Positions 51,925 to 64,000 of a stretch of 64,000 nucleotides of DNA are shown piece by piece. A model generated the notes under the pieces. The model was not told the origin of the DNA. It saw only the letters and a list, made by a program, of their open reading frames with translations, and did no database searches. Made by a program: the position numbers and the translations under genes. The stretch is from NCBI RefSeq assembly GCF_026210795.1, contig NC_089435.1, forward strand, positions 868,001 to 932,000, given 5' to 3'. The first letter of the stretch is position 1. Every line of letters starts with the position of its first letter. The stretch is from Rhizophagus irregularis (lineage: Eukaryota).

Positions 51925-52946
51925 ATGGCACCCACTTCGGTATTTGAAATGCAAAGGTTGACTGTTAAGGAGCTATGGGATAATAATATACGAAAACCCT
52001 CTGAAATAATTAAAATGACTGGTTTTCCAAAGTCTACAGTATATGACATTATCAATCGTCTAAAAAAACAGGAAGTGTTGAACACTTACCCGTTCCTGGT
52101 CGTCCTCTTGTTCTGACACCAAAAAAACGTCGATATCTTGGCCGTCTTCTTAAAAATGATAATGCAACAACTTCAGCTTTAATGACAACAAAGCTGAATA
52201 ATTTGTATCCAGATCTTAATGTATCAACCTGAACTGTACAACGTACTCTTAAAAATAAACTTAATTATATTGTTTGTAGACCATGGTCTGTTCCTCTTCT
52301 TAAAGAAAGTCATGTTGAAGCTCATCTTCAATGGGCCTTAAATCACATCCAAGATGACTGGACTCACACAATTTTTTCGGATGAAAGTACATTTCAGACG
52401 TTTCATAATACTCAAATTGTACGTTACAAGGCTGGAAACCCACATCCAGTACATCCTATGGTAAAACATCCATATAAGGTTCATGTTTGGGGTGCATTTT
52501 GCCGCCAAGGGCCAATTGGAGTTGCATTATTTACAGAAAACATGAATTCTGCTAAATACCGTGAAATCCTTCAATCTCAACTACTTCCTAATGCTTATCA
52601 TGCTGGTTATGGATGGAATTTTCAGCAGGACAATGCGCCAATGCATACCGCGAAGCTTACTCATCAATTTTTTGTGATTAATAATGTTCCGGTTATTGAT
52701 TGGCCTGCAAACTCACCTGACTTGAACCCCATCGAAAATTTATGGGCGATTCTTAAAGAAAATGTAGAAAGAAGGGTTAATAATTGGGTTATGAAAAAAA
52801 AATCACTTGGTGCTAATGATTTTCAAGGCATAATTCAGCAAGAATGGGATAATATTGATAAAAATCTCTTCTTTAGTTTAGCAGATAGCATGTCAGATCG
52901 GATTAACATGGTCATAGAAAATAATGGTTATACGATAAATTACTAA
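51925..52946 (+). pseudogene. Tc1/mariner DD34E transposase pseudogene
   Basis: HTH region (PKSTVYDII..GRP), FSDES, FQQDNAPMH...WPANSPDLNPIENLW with 34 residues between D and E; frameshift in the A-run near 52065 and an in-frame TGA near 52230. Confidence 0.92.
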
Positions 52947-52982
52947 CTTTTAAAGTATGTTTATCTGCACATCTTAAGCTAT

Positions 52983-53888
52983 TTCGTCTCCCATCATTCC
53001 TTTTCGTCTCCCATCACTCCTCTTCGTCTTCCATCACTTCTCTTCGTCTCCAATTACTCCTCTTCGTCTCCCATCACTCCTTTTCATTTCCCATCACTCC
53101 TCTTCGTCTCTTACCATTTCTCTTTGTCTTACATTACTTCTCTTCGTTCCCAATCATTCCTCTTCGTCTCCCATCACTTCTTTTCGTCTCCCATTACTCC
53201 TCTTCGTCTCTAATCACTCCTTTTCATCTTTCCATCACCCCTTTTCGTCTCCCATCACCCCTCTTCCCATCACCCCCTTTTCATCTCTCATCACCCCTCT
53301 TCGTCTTCCCATCACTTCTTTTCGTCTATCATCACTCTTTTTCATCATCTATCATGTCCTATTTTTCCTTTTTGTTTCCTATCACTTCTCATTACTCTTT
53401 TTTACTCCCTTTCTTCTTCTATTATTTTCCATTACTCCATTGTTATTTCATTTTTTTATTAGCATCTTTCTCCTTGATCATTGTAATTTACTTATCTTTT
53501 TTATTTATTGTTATTGTTTTTTTATTTGTATCACTTCATTAAAAATAATACAGTGATTTTTTACTTTAAAATCAAAAATGTGGGACTTAAATTTTAATAT
53601 TTGCAAATAAAATTTCATTAAATAAGATTATTTTGAATAAATATATTTGCAAAAAAAATTTTTAAAAATATCTTTGCAATAAAATTTTAAGTTTAATGGA
53701 TCAAAAATTAGCCAAGAAAAAAATCAGCCATCAGTCGATTAATAAATTTACTTTATATATTGTACATCATGTGACATATTGAAAAAAACCCCAGATGATC
53801 CGTGCCTTATATAAGGGAGTAACGTAAATTGACCTAAAATAGTAATTTTACGTTACTTATTTAGCCAATTTCTGTTACTTACTTGCTA
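52983..53888. repeat. Second copy of the 21-bp minisatellite plus the right end of the 28992-30534 element
   Basis: Colinear similarity to 29430-30530. Confidence 0.85.
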
Positions 53889-54788
53889 TAGTGCTTTGAT
53901 CCGTGCATGGATAAAACCGCGGTATCTGGATATCCAGAAAAAAAATAGCTATCCAGATACCACGGTTTTTATCTGGATAAATATCTGGATAGAAAATATC
54001 CGGTTTGACCGTTATCCAGATATAAAAAATTTTTTTTGTCATTTAAATTACTTATTTATTGACATTATTATCTATTAAATTACCATTTATTAAAATCATA
54101 ATCTATCTTACTAAAATTACTAGTAGAACATTCGATGGTCAGTATAATTCAGGCCATTTATAATGCCAGCCCAAATTTTGCGAAATTGCTTGATATTTGT
54201 CAAGAGGCAGCAGTTTTCGGACCAGCTAAACAAAATTTGGGATTTTTGTAATTTTGGCCGCAATTATATGTTTGGCCCAAATTACTGTCGATACATTATT
54301 TAAAAAAAAAGATTTTTTTTTTCTAATAGATAGGTTGAATTGATTAATTTTAAGTACAAAATAGTAAAAGTATAATAAAAATAATTAGATCATGCCTAAT
54401 CTTCTATTATTTTACGATTTTACTGTATTTTTTATATTTGTGATAATGTATTTATTGCAAAATTTTACATTTTTCAAATTTTCAAAAAATTGTCATAATT
54501 CAGGCAAAATTCGTAGTGCTGGCCAAAATTAAAATTTATTTTATTTAAAATTAATAAAATATCACTAATTTAGTTAAAAATATTAAGTCAAAATTTAATT
54601 AAGTTAATGCAACTGATATTATTTGTTAAGATCGATTAATGAAAAATAATTTTATATATAATCTTATCCGGGTTTCGGTTTCTATCTGGATATATCCAGA
54701 TTTATATCAGAACTGGATAATCCGGATAAAAACCGGATAATTTTTTTAATTTATCCGGATAATGGTTTCTACCTGGATCAAAGCACTA
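53889..54788. mobile_element. hAT-like non-autonomous element, 900 bp
   Basis: TIR TAGTGCTTTGATCC; 8-bp TSD ACTTGCTA at 53881-53888 and 54789-54796; subterminal ATCCRGAT motifs at both ends. Confidence 0.92.
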
Positions 54789-55190
54789 ACTTGCTACCTA
54801 CTGATTTTATAGTTAGGTTATTAGCTTGCTTTACTCTGTTACGGATTTATAATTACATAGATTTGACAAATAAATTCATACAAACCTATATGTTTGCTGA
54901 TCAAATAAATGGCCTTAACTTTTAAGTTTAAATCAGGCACTAAATCATGCGGTACACAATTCAAAAATTATTTATACAGGCTAATCTAAACGTTAGAAGA
55001 TCAACATGAATTTTTTTATTATATAGATATAGATGATCATCATTTCGATAATTTTTTATTTTTATTTTTTAGTTCTAAAAAAAATATTATTATAAGGATT
55101 ATTTTCAAAAAAAAAAATTATAATTAATGTTATTATACCTATAGTCGAATTATAATAATTTTATTTGTAAGTAATTTTTTTCTATAGTTA

Positions 55191-55725
55191 GGGGATGACC
55201 AGAAATTAAGGGGGAGGCACATCTGAAATCTGTGCCAGGTTATGCCAAGTTTGGTGACAAATAACAGGTGACAAATAAGTTTTGGACCACAAAAAAAATC
55301 CATCCCTCAGATGCAAATGTATCGTTCTTATACGATCAGCTGCTATGTTTTTATACAACGTATATGTCACATAATATAGGTTGTATAAGATAGTATGTCA
55401 TACATGTATAAGAATGACACATTTGCCCCTCAGATAAATATTTGGAACTCGGGCTTGCACATGATCATGTGATGCTAAATGACGCTAAACATCACCCCTT
55501 ACTCTAAAGCTAATATATTCGGCATAGCCTGGCAAAGATTTCAGACCAGCCATGATGTTATACATCTTCTATTTTTAGACACTTGTAGTTAATATAATTC
55601 TATCCAGAATTATGTTTTAATTTTACATTTCCTAAAAATGAAAATAAGGAATTTGACAAGTCGATCTATATGAAGTATCACGTGATAGACTCTACCCTTA
55701 AATTTCGTCATTTCTGGCCATCCCC
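55191..55725. mobile_element. PIF/Harbinger-like MITE
   Basis: TIR GGGGATGRCCAGAAAT; 3-bp TSD TTA; inner inverted repeat CTGAAATCT.TGCCAGG.TATGCC. Confidence 0.82.
55313..55426. mobile_element. Mutator-like mini-MITE (114 bp) nested in the Harbinger-like element
   Basis: TIR GCAAATGTRTCRTTCTTATAC; 9-bp TSD CCCTCAGAT at 55304-55312 and 55427-55435. Confidence 0.85.
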
Positions 55726-56077
55726 TTACAAAAATTATTTTTACTTCATTGTAAATCATTTATATAATCAGTTTTTTTGTTGTCATTATTTTTTTATGTG
55801 AATTTTAATTAAGTTTTTTTTTATTAATTATTAGTAAAATCTTATAAGATGCTTTTATTAATTTTTATTAGGTCTTTGATCACGTAACAGATCTAATATT
55901 TTTGATTGGACATATGATCATGTCATCATTTTCAGTATAGGTTCATTTCCTCAGTTCTTTCAGTCTCAAGATATTTTTCTTTTCTTTTATTTTTATTTAT
56001 AACTTACATTCTGCTTACACTTTGTTTCTTATTAACTCTATTTCATTATTTTTAGGTCCTAATAGTCCTTCTGGTTC

Positions 56078-57248
56078 TGAGTCGATGATTCCTTTCATTA
56101 TACCATATCTCTAATAAATATAATCTATTACTGCTGTAATAATTTACGCAGAAGTTTTGGTTGTTTAATGGCTGAAAAGAAAAAAAAATAATTTTTACTT
56201 TTGTAAAAATAAAACACAGAAGCCAAGATATAATGGAATTTAGGAAAGTTTTTACGTAAATCCGAACTGATCGGAGGAACTTGGATTTAAATCCGAAGAT
56301 TCAAAAATTAGATAATCTCGGTAAATAAAAACTTAATTATATGCAAATATTTATCGATTTATTTAATTCAAGTATATTCAAAATATCAATATGAATTATA
56401 AAATCATCATATTTAAATAACATTATTATATAATCTTACTTATTATAATTTTTACCATTAAAATATTTTTAAAATAAATACGAATTCAGAATTTTATAAA
56501 TTAAGAAATTATTCATGATTGTTTAACCTTACCAATAATCTAAACATAACTAGCAAGTTATGAAAAATAAAATTCAATATATATATAAGTATTTTTTAAA
56601 CGCATACTTTTTTCAAATAACAAAAATAACTCTGCTTTCTTAATTTCTAGCTACTAAAATTTCTAAAAAAAATTACTAAAGCTTAGTCGTTCAACAAAAA
56701 TTTATATTTAATTTAAAAGTTTATATTAATATGTGTATAACTTTGGGAACCATATGAAGTATAGCTGGTCTACATGATCCAAAATCTTTAATATTAAATC
56801 GTTTTCCATTTTAATATTAGCCATATAATACATTTCTATCATTACGAGTTATTTATTCATTTAAAATTTATATCCATTTTAATATATCACAAGCAAATAA
56901 TTCTCGTCATGATGGATACCTAGCATTGCTATTGGTTACTTATACTTTATAGTACCTAATATAGAATATTAAAAAAGTATTACCGTATTATTACTTTTGG
57001 AATTATAATAGTAAAGAACTGAAGATATAAAAATTAGTTTTAAAGCTAAAATAATCAATATAAATGATTTAAATAAGGTATATTAATAATTAAATACAAT
57101 ATCATCATTAATATTAGCGAATATTAATTAATAGATAGAGTTTATGGTTTACCAGTATATTCAATCTATTTATTTCATGTAATTGCATAATTTTGTAACT
57201 AAAAATTAAAATTAATATAAAATAACTAGAAGAATGTAAAAAATCTTG
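56078..57248 (-). repeat. Inverted copy of 35547-36698
   Basis: Direct reverse-complement match. Confidence 0.92.
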
Positions 57249-59294
57249 AGAACTAGAATTTCTCCTTACAATAAAGATTTATTGCTTAATAGATGACATT
57301 AAAAATGGAAATTATTGCAAACCAGTATCAAAGAATTTTGAAACCATTCATCCATATTATCCATATTATGAAAGAGTAATGTATGACTTGAATCATAGAT
57401 TGATTTGATCACTGGTTGTAAATTTAATTATTTCACCTGGTCTTTGTTGTAAATAATTTGTTATGTTTGAAATGTTTGGCTATAAAGAGCAAAAATTGAA
57501 ACATTAAATAGCCAGCCAAATTTTAATTGCTTATTAAAGAAAAAAAATTTGTTTAAGAGTTTGAAATTTTAAAATATTAATATTTAAAATTTAAATATTC
57601 TATAAAAAAAGAAAGAAAATTTTATTGGCTTGATTTAGAATCATGTGATCGGTTGTTTTCTGACCGATTTTAAATTTTTGTAAAACCTTTGTCAATAGCA
57701 AAACAATTAACATTTCATTATTAGTATCTTTAATTTTTAAATTAAATTACCTCAATTGTATTGAATCAGAAACTTCTAAATCAAGTCATAAACTTTTCGA
57801 GAGAGGAAACTGTTATTAAGTCCAAAATCTCTTTATTGTTGTACATACATCATCACGTGCCGAACGACTGGACATCAGGTTCTTCTTAAACTTTGGACTA
57901 TCAAGAAATTCTGTTGATTATTATTTTCTGGCTATTTATTTTTCTATGCATTATGAACTTGTTTACGATATCAAATAACTACCGAACTATGACGTCCAGG
58001 AAATTTTCTTTATCTCACTTCCTAATATTCCTTTTATCTTTCTATGTACTAGTGTTAAGGGCTTTCAGGTAATACTCCAAAAAAAATTTTTTTTTTATAT
58101 TATGTGTATTTGTGAACATGACAGGATTTTTAATTTATAATAATCATTTATTATATATATATATTGTCAAATTCTTAAAAAATTACTATTGAATGTAACT
58201 ATCACATTTTCAATTATATTAGTATAATGACTTTCTATATATACTGTATTTAATAGTTTTATTGAGTATATTCAATTTATACTCATTTGTCTACCAAATT
58301 TTATTAGATAAAGATGCTTTTCTTATAATCTTAAAAATTTTTTTCCAAAAATTAATCTTTACTTTTTTACATTAACATCTTTTTATTATGGTCAACGCAG
58401 TGAATATTATAGAATTATAGAAACTATTATATATATTTCAAATTAATAGATAGCAGATTGGACTGATTGGATTTTATAATCAATCAAAAAATTTTGGAAA
58501 ACTCAAAGTAATACTTTAAAGTGCTAATAAAAGATGGGTTGAAGAGATAAATATTTGAAAACGTTATTAAAAAAAATTGTATGATGCGTTAATATATATT
58601 GTTGTTGAAAGAAATTTCCACGTTTAATCAAACATACAAGGGTTCTAACAGAAATCTTGCTGTCATATCTGATCCTAGGGAGGCATGATCTGAATGTTTG
58701 CTTCTATTTTTTCATCAATATTGTGAATTACGTGACCTGTAATATCGTAATATTGTTTCATTTTGCGTGTGGTAATATGGAGAGTTTCTCCAAGCTTTGA
58801 GAGCATCATTATGTGTCACCCAAGAAAGACGTCAAGAAATCAATCATTTTTAGTCTTGGGAAATTTTTTCGTATAATTGGAAGGCGGTCAGTAGCCCTAT
58901 AAAAAATATGCATACGGTTTTTACACTGTATACATGTATCTTTGATACGGTTCGTATTTTTATATACTGTATAACAGTATAATGTATACTGTTCGCAAAA
59001 TGTGTTTAGCAAAAAATACAATAAAGTATACGGTAAACATACTGTGTGATACGGTATCTAAATTCATACGTTTGAAACGTATACTATTTCTACTGTATAT
59101 CAGTATTTTGTATACTGTTCGCAAAAAATATTATAAATGAAGGATACGGTATATTTAATCCATACGTATATAATGTATTATTCTAAAGACTGTGTATACT
59201 ATATTAAATTCATACGTTTATAACGTATTTTCTATAGTTGTACTGGATATTGTATTTGTTTTTATTGTTTTTATTAACTTTACAACTTTATACT

Positions 59295-59740
59295 AGATAC
59301 GGCGTTGTCAACCCTACATACGGTAGACCCCATGCTCAACTTAAAAGAATACACTCCAGTAGGTTAGATGTCAGTTATAAAGTCACACTACGAAAATACC
59401 ATACAGAAAAAATGAAGGTTATGGAAAATCCTGCTAATATTGCTTACGATCACTCAGTGACACTCACCAAAATGGGTATATTATAAAGAATATTCCAAAT
59501 TGCGATTTGATATCGAACGAACGCCAAATCAAGTGAAACGATAGAATAGACTATCGCATAGTATTTTAAATCAGGAAGATTTTTCGAATCAACTTAAACC
59601 CTTCTTGTTACATGGACGCCAATATAAAAATGGTAAAAAATTCAATTCCATAATATTTAAACAGATACAATACGTCACCGAAAAATATTTTCTCGAAAAA
59701 ACACGCTCGGAAGGCATGAATATGATCTTTCATCATATAC
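59295..59740 (+). pseudogene. Gene fragment inside the CACTA element, homologous to the ORF at 46.6-47.2 kb
   Basis: IHSSRLDVSYKVTLRKY..YYKEYSKLRFDIERTPNQVKR*NRLSHSILN. Confidence 0.6.
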
Positions 59741-60229
59741 CACATCGCATTCATTAATAAAAATTCGGGACAATTTCCTTAATAAATTTTTTTTAAAGTA
59801 CAAACCCTGATCAGTAAAATTTTCTTATTACTGCTTATTTTTAACGTCCAATTTAAATTACGATCATCAATAAAAATTCGCGTGAAATTTTCTTAATAGT
59901 ATTTAATCTTTAAAGCGCAAAATACTGCTTAATTTTAATGTTCAAAGTCCGATCTACATCTACTGCTTAATTTAAGAAAAATTCGCGAAAATTTTCCTTA
60001 ATACCGCTTATTTTTTAAGGTTCAACCGATCTACTGCTTAATTTAAGAAAATTCGCGAGTATTTTCCTTAATATCGTTGAATTTTTATTTTAAGTTCAAA
60101 CTATAAGAAATCTGTATATGGAAATGATACGTTTTATATATATTTGATATACGTTTTTATAAATTCCGTATTAAATTCCGTATACGGTAAAAAAAAAAAA
60201 ATAAAAATAAATTCCGTATACGGTAAACT

Positions 60230-60815
60230 AAAAATCACGATTTCTAGAAAAATTCTCGCGAATTTTTCTTGATACTGCTTATTTTAAAGTTTAAAGACCG
60301 ATTAGCAAACTGAAATCACGATTTCAAGAAAAATTCTCACGAATTTTTCTTGATACCGCTTATTTTTAAAGTTTAAATAAATTGAAATCACGATTTTTTA
60401 AGAAAAATTCTCGCAAATTTTTCTTGATGCTGCTTATTTTAAAGTTTAAAGACCGATTAGCAAACTGAAATCACGATTTCAAGAAAAATTCTCGCGAATT
60501 TTTCTTGATACCGCTTATTTTTAAAGTTTAAATAAATTGAAATCACGATTTTTTAAGAAAAATTCTCGTGAATTTTTCTTGATGCTGCTTATTTTAAAGT
60601 TTAAAGACCGATTAGCAAACTGAAATCACGATTTCAAGAAAAATTCTCGCGAATTTTTCTTGATACCGCTTATTTTTAAAGTTTAAATAAATTGAAATCA
60701 CGATTTTTTAAGAAAAATTCTTGCGAATTTTTCTTGATGCTGCTTATTTTAAAGTTTAAAGACCGATTAGTAAACTAAAATCACGATCACTAAGAAAAAT
60801 TCGCGAGAATTTCTT
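60230..60815. repeat. 155-bp tandem repeat (a dimer of palindrome-containing subunits)
   Basis: GACCG ends at 60300, 60455, 60610 and 60765; each subunit contains AAGAAAAATTC-TCGC-GAATTTTTCTT. Confidence 0.9.
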
Positions 60816-60907
60816 ATTTATGTAAATTCAAAGAAAAAAAAATTTAAGCAAATATTTCTTATTTATTAGAGAATTAATAATATGAATTTTCAAGGTAAAG
60901 ATTTTTA

Positions 60908-63900
60908 TTACCAATTTTCATATTTATCTATTATATAATAATATTTTTTTTTTTCAAGGAGTACTTCAAAAAATCTGACATTTCTATCAATACCAATTAC
61001 TTCCACATATTGTAAAGAACCAAAACTATCAAAAAATTTTAAATTCACACTACTATTTTTCTCTAATTTTTTGATTTTTCGAATATATGCAAACATTCGC
61101 TCTTGATTTTGAAATTCATGAACCATAAAATATTCAATTTGTCCAAAAATTTCTTTTTCTCTCAAATTTAGAGAAGCACGGTAATTTCTTTCTTGTAAGT
61201 CAACAGTTAAATTAATCTATATAATAAAATTATCTTATTAATATTTTGAATTTTGAATATATAATGAAACAATAATAATAATTAATATATTTATTTCTTA
61301 CAGCGACGCAAAAATCATTTCGACTACTATCATTTTCTTTTTTCCACCACTTAGATGATATAATGTTACCATCCTTTGTACGAAGTTTTCCATACTTAGC
61401 ATAGTTTTCTTTAATGTTCTATATAAAAAAAATTATATATTATTTTTTTTAAAAAAGAATATTCTTATACATATTATTATGTGAGTTATAATATAAAATC
61501 ACCGTAATTTCGCTAGTATTCTTTTGAAATATAGCTGCATAACATTGCTTTAACTTTATGACTTCATTTTTTGTTAATACACAATTAACAAATGGTGAAT
61601 AAAATTCGTATTCGTGAACATATAATTCATTAGAATATACTCTATGCACCAGCCATGTTTTTTTTTCTTTTTCTTTAAAATTGGAAAAAACTTTTTCATT
61701 ATATATTGGTAAAAGTTGCAGATACTTAAATCTTTCTTGCATCAACACATTATTAAACAAATTCACATATGGTAGTTTTCGAGAGCTAACAAGTGGAATT
61801 AACATTCCACAAAACCTCTCCATCGGAAACTGCCAAAATCCACGACAAGGGCCAAAGTCTTCAATCAAATCTATTACATGTAATAAATAATGAAAAGAAA
61901 TTAAAAATGCCGGTAATCTTTCTCCTCCAATGCCATATAAACTATTGCACAAAAAAAATTCACGCGATCAATAAAAATATCGTTTTAAGAAAAAGGCATA
62001 TATAAATTTCATAAGAAAATTACTTTGCATAATGATTGTAAAATTCTATTAATAAATTTCGAATTAAATCTAGCTCTTCAAATTCTATTAGAGGTTGAAT
62101 GCATAACTTGACAGCTTCAACAAATCTTGACCATCCTAAGAGGTTACTATTATTTTAAGTTAAATAATGTTATCAGCAGACTTTTTATTATTTTATCTGC
62201 CAACAATTTGATTTTTTTTATTACCTTTGCGGCAATCGCCCTTTTAGTAATGGTAAAGAGAATAAAATGATCCAATTAGCCCACTCTACAGCTTTAAACC
62301 CAGCTGAATGTTTAACGATATTGCGTGGAGGACGTCCAATATCAGGTGGCATATGAGATCTACTTCGTTCCATGATTTCACCAATTTCAACCCATGTTTT
62401 AGAACTTATTGTATATTCATTTGAGTTCCATTCATTATTTTTTGGATAGAATTTTCCTATCCAATGTCGAAACATATGGGGTGCAACATTTTCGAAAAAA
62501 AGGTGCATTATACACAGGTCGAAAAGTGAAAAATCAGGCACCAATCGGTCACCAATCAGGTAGCTGATTGGTGACTGATTGGTGCCTGATTGGCATTTTC
62601 GCCAAATACCGTCACCAATCAGGCAGTTTACTAACTTTTGATCCAGTGATCAGAAAAGAATGAAATATAGCTCATTGGAATCGTCTCAACAAGACGAATC
62701 TAATGGTAGTAAAATTGCATTTCTAGGATTAATACTTGATGAGAAATTAAGTAAAATATAAAAATAAAAATGTATCATTTATATTTTATTTAATTTTTTA
62801 TTAACTTTTAATCCTAGAGATGCGATTTTACTACTATTAGATTCGTCTTGTTGAGACGATTCCAATGAGCTATATTTCATTCTTTTCTGATCACTGGATC
62901 AAAAGTTAGTAAACTGCCTGATTGGTGACGGTATTTGGCGAAAATGCCAATCAGGCACCAATCGGTCACCAATCAGGTACCTGATTGGTGACCGATTGGT
63001 GACTGATTGATGCCTGATTTTTCACTTTTTGACCTGTGATATCTACTGGAAATGAACGTGGAAAATTTATAGAAGATAACTCAAATAAAATACTCTTTCC
63101 TTTAATTCCTAATTTTTTTTATTAAACAAAAAATTTTTAAAATTGAGAAAATATATTAATATTAATTACTAAGAATTTATTTTTATTTTAAAATATTGGA
63201 CCAACCGCAGTCACGTATATAAGTTTCTCTACGATCTCCCTCCAGACGTTCTATTTGATTTGTGCTATTCAGTATTTCATCATGTGTTCGAATTGGTAAT
63301 CGTTTAGGATTAATATTTTGTTACAATGGATAATACACATGTCTATTCGTTTCATTTAAAGTCCCTCGAAGATTACAAAATCTGCAACCTGAGTATGAAT
63401 TATGTCCTGTTAAACATAGAACCTTTAAAAGGGCAGGGATATCGCCGGTCCAAGCCAGAATGTTAGCACGTAGAGTAAACTGTTCCTCTTTGTTACCATC
63501 GTAACAAGAGATTCCATCTGTAAATATTAAAAATATTATTAATAAATATTACATTTATTACGTACCATTTATTTAAAATATACCTTGTAAGAATTTCATT
63601 TCTTGAATTAATGGATAGAGAAATGAATTAAAATCTTGAGGTTGTTTTGGCCCCGGGATTATTAAAGTTACCATTAAATTTTCTTTCTTTACTCTTAATT
63701 CTTGAGGTAAATTATTATTTAGAAACAGGAACACCCAACAATCATCGGTCTTTTGACGAAATATTTGGTAGCCGTCGCAAGAAGCAGTAAATGCGATGTC
63801 TCTTGGATCGGGAAAATATTCGTCATTTAATAATTCTTGATAAATCTGTCTATCAAAGATGTCACCTATGTTATTATGAGCAAATTCTCCTTTATTACAA

Positions 63901-64000
63901 GTATAATTGTGCCTATATAATAGTTCTTTAGATCTTTCAGGGTTTTTAAATTGAAGCTTTAAACGCTCAATTATAGAAGTAAAAGGTAGATTTTTTCTCG
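60908..64000 (-). pseudogene. Tnp2/Transposase_21 (+DUF4218-like) transposase, multi-exon, disrupted
   Basis: IAFTASCDGYQIF, NNNLPQELR..ENL..IIPGPKQP, TGDIPA..GHNSYSGCRFC, FPVDIMHLFFEN and HYLLH..FGPCRGFWQFPMERFCG; TAA at 63321-63323 and a MITE insertion. Confidence 0.9.
62513..63038. mobile_element. Palindromic CACTA-like MITE (526 bp) inserted in the transposase
   Basis: CACAGGTC...GACCTGTG termini, ~250-bp near-perfect arms and a 3-bp TSD ATA; excision restores FPVDIMHLFF. Confidence 0.93.

Larger units (their letters stand above)
58895..64000 (-). mobile_element. CACTA/EnSpm (CMC) transposon extending beyond the window
   Basis: Terminus CCCTATAAAAAA at 58895, subterminal CATACG/TATAC repeats, an internal tandem array and a Tnp2-type transposase. 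Confidence 0.78.

Noticed and set aside
62221..62544. ORF start MVPDFSLFDLC
   Set aside because: The N-terminus comes from the inserted MITE; the true frame continues at 63039.

Overview
AT-rich, intron-rich eukaryotic DNA. It looks like an arbuscular mycorrhizal fungus (Glomeromycotina, Rhizophagus-like), inferred from short GT-AG introns, expanded tyrosine-kinase-like (TKL) kinases with HxDL/FHxGN loops and a CxxC..WCxxC N-terminal motif, and Sel1-repeat kinases. The left end holds housekeeping genes: a BUR1/CDK9-type PITAIRE kinase and a CRAL-TRIO protein. Next is a three-gene cluster (6.8-15.0 kb): an intact TKL kinase whose acidic tail is built from 13 symmetric micro-exons, a divergently transcribed MLKL-like four-helix-bundle/pseudokinase/Sel1 gene, and a paralogous TKL pseudokinase. 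The remainder is accessory and TE-rich: a 23-repeat Sel1 kinase and a truncated paralogue, another TKL kinase, an FAD monooxygenase, several pseudogenes, Tc1 and CACTA/EnSpm transposase relics, a LINE-like relic, many MITEs with readable target-site duplications (TSDs), and local segmental duplications. The most unusual signals are the micro-exon array, a triplicated intronic motif with covarying stems (candidate structured RNA, 23.3-23.5 kb) and the kinase/MLKL-like cluster. Exon boundaries and family assignments were read by eye; no searches were run.
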